From Nageia nagi (lineage: Eukaryota; Plantae; Pinophyta): a stretch of 64,000 bases of DNA. The stretch spans positions 77,252,001-77,316,000 of the forward strand of contig JBITNC010000001.1 in assembly GCA_050084985.1 (NCBI GenBank), given 5' to 3'. Each line of letters opens with the position of its first letter. Positions within the stretch are counted from its first letter, which is position 1. This document shows positions 57,166-64,000 of the stretch, in pieces. The position numbers and the translations under genes are program-made. A model generated the notes under the pieces. It had not been told where the DNA came from. It searched no databases and saw nothing but the letters and a program-made list of their open reading frames with translations.

Positions 57166-60100
57166 TCATGGATGGGTTGGAGCAGAAGATGTAATGTCAT
57201 CTGATCCAACTGGTGTTGCTTCATCGACAGTGTTTGATACTTTGAGATGCCAGGCAAGGAGGATGTGGTCCCAGGGGCGAAGGTTTGATAGTTCTTGCCT
57301 AGTTTCATTATCAACAACTGTGTGGGCTGCCCATATCATTGCTAAATTTTTGCCTGTAATATGCCAAACCTGGTCTACTGATTTTGGTTGACCTTTGAAA
57401 ATGCGATTATTCCGTTCAATCCATAGATTCCAACAAATCATTACCGAAGCTGCATTCCAGATTACCATTAGCACTTGTCTCTGTTTGGGATATTCCCATG
57501 AGGATAGCAGGTTCCCTATGTTGCTTGGCATAGTCCACTGTAAGCCAAAGATGTAGAGGAATTTGAACCAAATTTCCATGGTGTAGGTACAATGCAAGAG
57601 GATGTGAGGCCCTGACTCCTCTGCTTCACCACAAAAAACACAATTGTATGGGCCTAAGAAGCCACGTTTGAGCAACTGGACCCCCACAAGGTGTTTATCA
57701 TGAGTGGCTATCCATAGAAAAAATTGGGCCTTAGGCCATGCTCTATTTCTCCACACTTTGGACCAAACTGTTGGAGGCCAAGGGGAGTGTGCAGCAGTAT
57801 GGGGAGCTTTATAGGCTGATTTAACCGTGTATGACCTTGAGGGAGTAAGTGGCCAGATGAGCTTATCCTCCTCTTTTGGATTGAGCTTATGGCTGCGTAG
57901 CATGGATTCAAGCTGAGTTGATACTGCCTCCTGTCCAGGGAGGATCCCTATTATTTTCTTCCATCTTGGCTGTCTAACTAAATTATCATCCACCCACTCA
58001 TAATAATCCACAATACTATCTCCCCAAAGATTGCACAAGATAGTCTTAAGTGCACCAAATTCAGGTTTTTTGGAGAGTGATTCAGGGAGTAACCAGATGT
58101 CATCCCAAAATTTTGCTTTTTTCCCTGACCCCACATCCCACTTTATGAATTGTAGAACATGATTCCTGGCTTTCTTAAAACCATTCCAAACTAATGAACC
58201 AATAGGCAGGTTCTCCACTGTGAAGATTCGTGTGGGGTCCTGGTTGTCCAGATACTTCGATCTAAGAGCTTGGCTCCATAGTGATGAAGGATTGCAATAA
58301 CATCTCCACACAACTTTGCCTAATAGAGCAAGGTTCATTAATCTTAAGCGTTTGAATCCCAACCCCCAGACTTAGTACTTATGCAAATAGTTTGCCAAGC
58401 TACTAGGTGGATTTTTTTGGCTTCTGACATACCATTCCATAGGAAGTTCCGCATAATTTGTTCCATTTGATCAAGAATTTTATTTGGCAACCAAAAAATA
58501 CTCAACCAAAAATTGGGCAGAGCACTCAGGATAGCCTTAATTTTTACCATTCTACCAGCGGTAGAGAGCCATTTGCCTTTCCATACCTCCAGTTTTGACT
58601 TTAACTTGCCAACTATGGAGTCCCAGAATCCTCCTACATTTCCACCTTGAGCAAGGGGAAGACCTAGGTAGATGCTTGGAAGTGTGTCTAGGGTCATACC
58701 TGTGGATCTATCCATTACCTGAAGGAGGACGGGGTCCAGGTTGATGCTGTACCACTTGGACTTTGTATAGTTTACTGCTTGACCAGAGGTAATTTCATAA
58801 GTACTGAGTAGATTCTTGATAGTGTTTATCTCTTGAATGGATGGATAGGTAGCTAGTAGCGTGTCATCAGCAAATTGGGAGTGTGAGATAGCTGGGCAAA
58901 GGTGGTTGATGTGCAAGCCTTTTAGGTGACCAGAGGATCGTAAGTGGGTTAGACCCCTACCAAGGGCTTCTACTACTATGATGAAGAGGTATGGTGATAG
59001 TGGGTCTCCTTGCCTGAGGCCACGAGAACTCTTAAAGAAGCCTCTAGCGCTCCCATTAATTAGCACAGAGAATGAGGGATTGCCAATTAAAGCATAGATC
59101 CACTGTATCCATCCAATGTCAAACCCAAACTTTTCCATAATCTTTAGCAAGAAGGACCAGCTGATTCTATCAAATGCTTTTTTCATATCAAGTTTGATGA
59201 GTAATCCCTTCTCCCCCTGGTATTAAGAGAGTGAATAAGCTCATGAATTAGGATGGTACCATCCATTAGCTGTCTCCCTTATACAAAGGCTTTTTGTTCA
59301 TCAGAGATGATGTATGGAACTATGACCTTGAGCCTGTTTGTAGCCACTTTCGAAATAATTTTGTATATTGAATTACACAAAGAGATAGGTCTAAATGCAT
59401 CAATAGATTTTGCATCTTCTGACTTAGGTATGAGGGTCAGGAATGTATGGTTGAACCTACTCAGAACTTGCTTTGAGGTAAAGGATTCTCTGACAACTTC
59501 CACTACTTTTACCTTTAGTAAATGCCAAATATGTTGGTAGAACCCTGGAGGGAATCCATCAGGGCCTGGGGCTCCCCAACTTTTCATTTGAAACACTGCC
59601 TTTTCAACCTCCTCCTCTGATACAGGTGCCATAAGCTTGAAATTCATGGCTGGAGAAACAAGCTGTGGGATGAAGTCCAGGCATAGTTGTTGGGCTTCCT
59701 CTCGACTGATGGCTTCTTCACTAAGCAAGGACTAAAAAAAAGAGACAATGTGGGCATCCAAGTCCTCTGGGTCAGTGATAGTGCTATTTGTGGGAGTAAT
59801 CAACCTTGTTATCCTATTATTTGCACGGTGAGCCATAGTTGTCATGTGAAAATATTTGGTGTTTTTATCTCCTTCTTTCAGCCAGTGGAGGCATGATTTT
59901 TGCTTCTAGTGAATCTCCTCTTGAAGGTATACCGTATCCAACTGGTGGAGAGTCTGTTGTTCATGTTTAAGGAGGTCTTCAATCTGTGCAATTTGGAGAG
60001 CTGCTTCAATATGAGCCAGTTCTGATTCTAAACGAGCTCTTTTATCAAAAATAACCCCAAAGCATTCCTTATTCCAAGCTTTAATCTTATCCTTAAGTTT

Positions 60101-60953
60101 TCTAATCTTAGCTGCAAACCTAAGCATCTTTGACCCTTTCACCCACATATCCTTAGACCACCAAGACTCCACTTGTTCTTCAAAAGAGGGATGGGAGAGC
60201 CACATACGCTCAAAATGGAAGGGAGAACCTTTGCATTTGGCTGGAGTTTCTACATGCAAGGATACTGGCCAGTGATCAGAGCCACCATGTGTTAGCACTT
60301 CCATCTGAGTAATGATTCCCTGTTCAATCCAATGAGTAGTATGCAAGAACCGGTCAAGCTTGGTGAGGATTTGCTTTTCATTTACTGTCCATTTGACCAA
60401 GTGAATTTTCCTTGGATACAAAAAGGTTCTATCAATTGATGAGAATCAATGAAATGGTTAAAGATGTCATCACCCTGTCCATATTACATGAGCCTCCCTT
60501 TTTCTCATCTAGGGATCTGATGGCATTGAAATCCCCACCTATTACACAAGGTATAGTAGAGTGGGATGTTAGCCACATTGAGATTTGCTCCCAACACTTC
60601 ACTTTCTTCTCCATTTGTTGAGGACCATAGAAATTTAAGAGACCAAAAGAGGAGCCTGTGTCATTACACTTGACCAAAACTGCTAGCCAAGATTCCTGAA
60701 TAGAGTCTAAGGAGCAAGAGACCTTAGAGGGATCCCATAAAGTAATAACTCCACCAGACTGACCATTTGAGTCATTGGCAAGAAAAGAGCTTCTAAACCA
60801 AAATTGTTTCTGATATTTTGCAACCTCTGTAGCCATCATCTTAGATTCCTGGATAAGGAGAATTGCAGGATTAACTGACCTAACTAGAGCTTTTACATGT
60901 CGGATTTTCTTGGGGTCATGGAGGCCCCTAGTATTCCATGATGTAATAATCAT
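57166..60953 (-). pseudogene. L1 ORF2: APE endonuclease, RT, zf-RVT (frameshifted)
   Basis: [103 protein letters not shown]. Confidence 0.95.
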
Positions 60954-60959
60954 TGGGAA

Positions 60960-62487
60960 ACCTAGTGTTTTTTGGAGGCAAGGAGTTCCTCCAATCGTGT
61001 CTAACTCCCAATTTCTATACTTGCCATAACTTCTTGAGAACGCTTAGTTTGGTTAGATGTTCTACCTTTGAGCTTGTTTTGACCAACTACTACAGTTTTT
61101 AGGTAGGATGGTGTTTGCTTTATGATAGAAACGGATGGTTGCCTATTATGAATATGCTTGGGTTTATCATTTGGTGAGGCTTCTTTGGCTAGCTCCATAA
61201 CTTGCTCAATGCCTACAAGGTCTTCCATATTCATGTCCATTTCCTGTAGAACATTTCCTATCTAATTTGGCTGCACTATGGGGGTGAGATCTGTATCAGA
61301 ACAAGAGAGGATTAGCTCTTGTGTGTTACCAATTCTCTGCACTGGATTAGCATGTGGGGAGTTCATGGTTTCCATAGTTATTTCTTGTTGTAGTTCATTA
61401 TTCTGAGGATTTTGTTGAAGATTTGGGGGGGTTGGAGCTTTTACAGATTCTTGGTTGGGGGTGTCCTTTTCATTTTGAAGTATTTGGAAACGATTGCTGG
61501 ATCGGTGGTCCTTATCAGGGTTGGATCTTTTAGTGCTTGGTGTTTTTGCTTGGGTTCCTGAAGCCTTCATTGGGAATTTCTGGGCTATTACTGACCTTTT
61601 GTGCTAGGGGACAAGCTTTGGCTAGATGCCCATATTCTGAGCATACCCGACAATGGAAGGGAAGGTTCTCATAGTCTATATTCTGGAGGTAGGTGAGGCC
61701 ATCCTTGGGTAGGTTGATCTTGACTTGGGCTGGCAAGGGAGAATCAGTTTTTACGTAGACACAGATCCGAGCATAACCAAGAGAGTCTAGTTTCCATGTC
61801 TTCTCTGAGACCCCCATGAATGCCCCTATGGCATTACCAATGGCTAGGAATATATCCTCCTTCAGAGTTCCCTTGGGAGGGTTAGGAGACGTACCCAAAT
61901 AGGAGTAGAGGAGGGATACTCTTCATCTGGTTTGAACCCTGTATGCCAGGGCTTCATGAAGAGCCCTGCATTACCGTTGAAAACCCTGGGCCTCCTTCAA
62001 AGACCATATCTCTATCTATTTTTATGGCAAATAAGGTAATGAAGTAGCCATTCAGGTAAAAGCTTAGATAGATCTCACCTCGAACCTTCCAAGTATTTGC
62101 AACCCAGAGTTTGATCGCTGTTGAGGGAGTGCAGGAGCCTAAAAATTTACAAATTAATGCTCTGGTTTCCAGTAGAATAATTTCATCATGCATGCTATCA
62201 CTATGAATAGTTATTTCAAGGATCTCAGATGTAGCGTGTAGACAACCAAAATCAATTTTCCATGGCTCAGACTTTGGCATATTTATACGGCGAAGTCTCA
62301 GCTTGTTTGTTCCATGACCTGCTCTAGATGATCTTGATCGCAAAACATCACAGAAGGAAGCATTCTATGGGAGGTCTGAGGGGTCCCCCAAGCCCGTAGC
62401 CATGTATTGGGGCCCAAGTGTCATGCACACAATAGTAGTTGCAGGGTTTCTCCAATCGTCCTTCCTTCGCTGAGCACGCCCGACCAT
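60960..62487 (-). pseudogene. L1 ORF1 (DUF4283/RRM-like + zf-CCHC), disrupted
   Basis: ATG at 62487; ALICKF...W...NGYF, YARICV, DYENLPFHCRVCSEYGHLAKACP. Confidence 0.85.
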
Positions 62488-64000
62488 GAAATTATCCGTT
62501 AGCATCCATATTGTTATTAGCATCTATGTTTGGGTTTTAGACTGCATTCATTGGAGGGATTTATATACCAAGATCATTATTTCTAAATAAGTCAAAGTTT
62601 ATGCATGTGATTTTTATACAGGTAAGGCGATAGGTACACTCTTTGATTTCTCTCCTATAGGTTATAGATTTGATCTAATATCTAGGGTATCATTTATTTT
62701 TGTTTCATATTTATTATCCATAGTTATTGTTAATTATTCTTACATTGTTACATTAGTATGTTATTTCCTTGTTTCTATTCAAATATAATGTGCATTATTG
62801 AATGTGAATGTTTAGCATAATTTATACCTATCCTATAGAGGTTACTAAAAATATTCAATATATTGGTGCCCACCTTTGTTTGCATTCTCCATTTCCTAAT
62901 TAGGTTTGGGTAAATTTGCATTTTGAACTGACCATATTCTTCATTTTAGGGCATCACATTTTCTATGGAATTTTTCATATGAAGCCCTAGGTTTTGTTTG
63001 ATCTTTATTTATCTTAATTCACTACAAAAATAGGAAACATTATCACTTAAAAATTATTCAAAATTAAAGGTATTTTTATTTTATAGAATTTAATTTTTGG
63101 TCAAAAACCTAGATTTCAAACCTAAGTTTTGAAGATTTGGTTGATGTTTATGCCCTAAGATTTTACCTAAACCTTAGATATTTATGGTAGGCAACTTTTT
63201 GAAGGTGAAATTGGGAATATTGCATGTTTTATCTTAAGGTTTTTAGTTGAGAAGCAAAATATTTTTTGCATAGAACCCTAGAATTTCAAGGTTATTTTCT
63301 CAAAATTGGTGAGGTCAAGTAGCACAAAATTAAATTCAAGTCATATATATTGATAGGAAAGACATATTTTTCATCCATCATGGCTTGTATACTCATTCCT
63401 AGGTCCTTGATGACTAAATGATTTAAAAATGGAGTTATGTTAAGGCATTTATGTTAGCTATAATGTTATGTAATTTGGAAAAAATCGATCTCCACTATAA
63501 GCATTTTTGTTTTGTCATTCTCAAAATGAAAAAGTTGTTACTATCAATGCTATTAAACATATTGATAAATATGATGATAGTAATAATTCTCATAGTGATA
63601 CTCTCAATGACAATTACAATGATGTAATTATTCTAATACTAATACTTCATAACTTTTTTGAGTGAGGAAGAAATAAAATATGAATCTTTTTATAAATTGC
63701 TAATGAATCCTACAAATATGCTCAAATATTTCTTATCAAAAGGATTAATAAAAGCCAAAAAGGAAAAGAGAATATGATGAAAATAAAAAGAAACTTGATT
63801 GGTATAAAAAAAAAATTATTCTTATATCATCAAGTTAAGTTCATTCAACTGATGGATGTGTTAGCATAAATAAAAAATTATATAAGCTCTTATAAAGTGG
63901 AAAAATTACTCATGTAAATAATTGAATTTTCAAAGAAGAAGAAGATTGTGATGAAGATGTTCATTTTGAAGAAGATGATGAATCTAATGACATAGATAAT

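Larger units (their letters stand above)
56872..62497 (-). mobile_element. Full-length L1-clade LINE (~5.6 kb) with poly(A) tail and 18-bp TSD
   Basis: TSD GTTAGCATCCATATTGTT at 56854-56871 and 62498-62515; T-run at 56870-56879; ORF1 and ORF2 domains in order. Confidence 0.95.

Overview
Eukaryotic, AT-rich plant DNA; the gene/TE architecture suggests a large-genome seed plant, probably a gymnosperm (inference, not proven). One intact host gene lies on the - strand: a 5-exon BASIC PROLINE-RICH PROTEIN (BPP)-family microtubule-associated protein (CDS 42029->2808, 1920 nt, 639 aa, all four introns GT-AG and in phase). Its intron 3 is 35,105 bp and packed with nested transposon debris: a decayed Ty1/copia, two non-LTR (L1-type) copies that both carry the same unexplained extra ORF just before the A-rich tail, a hAT-type non-autonomous element with an 8-bp TSD, a young CRM-clade chromovirus (LTRs ~99% identical) inserted into one LINE with an abnormal 54-55-bp target duplication and a missing LTR terminus, a solo LTR with a perfect 5-bp TSD, and two minisatellite-like arrays. 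Upstream of the gene are two foldback elements, a decayed PIF1 helicase that is not of the canonical plant Helitron type, LTR remnants and a full-length L1 with an 18-bp TSD. No rRNA, intact tRNA or CRISPR was found. Best novelty candidates: the LINE-borne extra 3' ORF, the aberrant CRM integration junction and the Helentron/Helitron2-like PIF1 relic.
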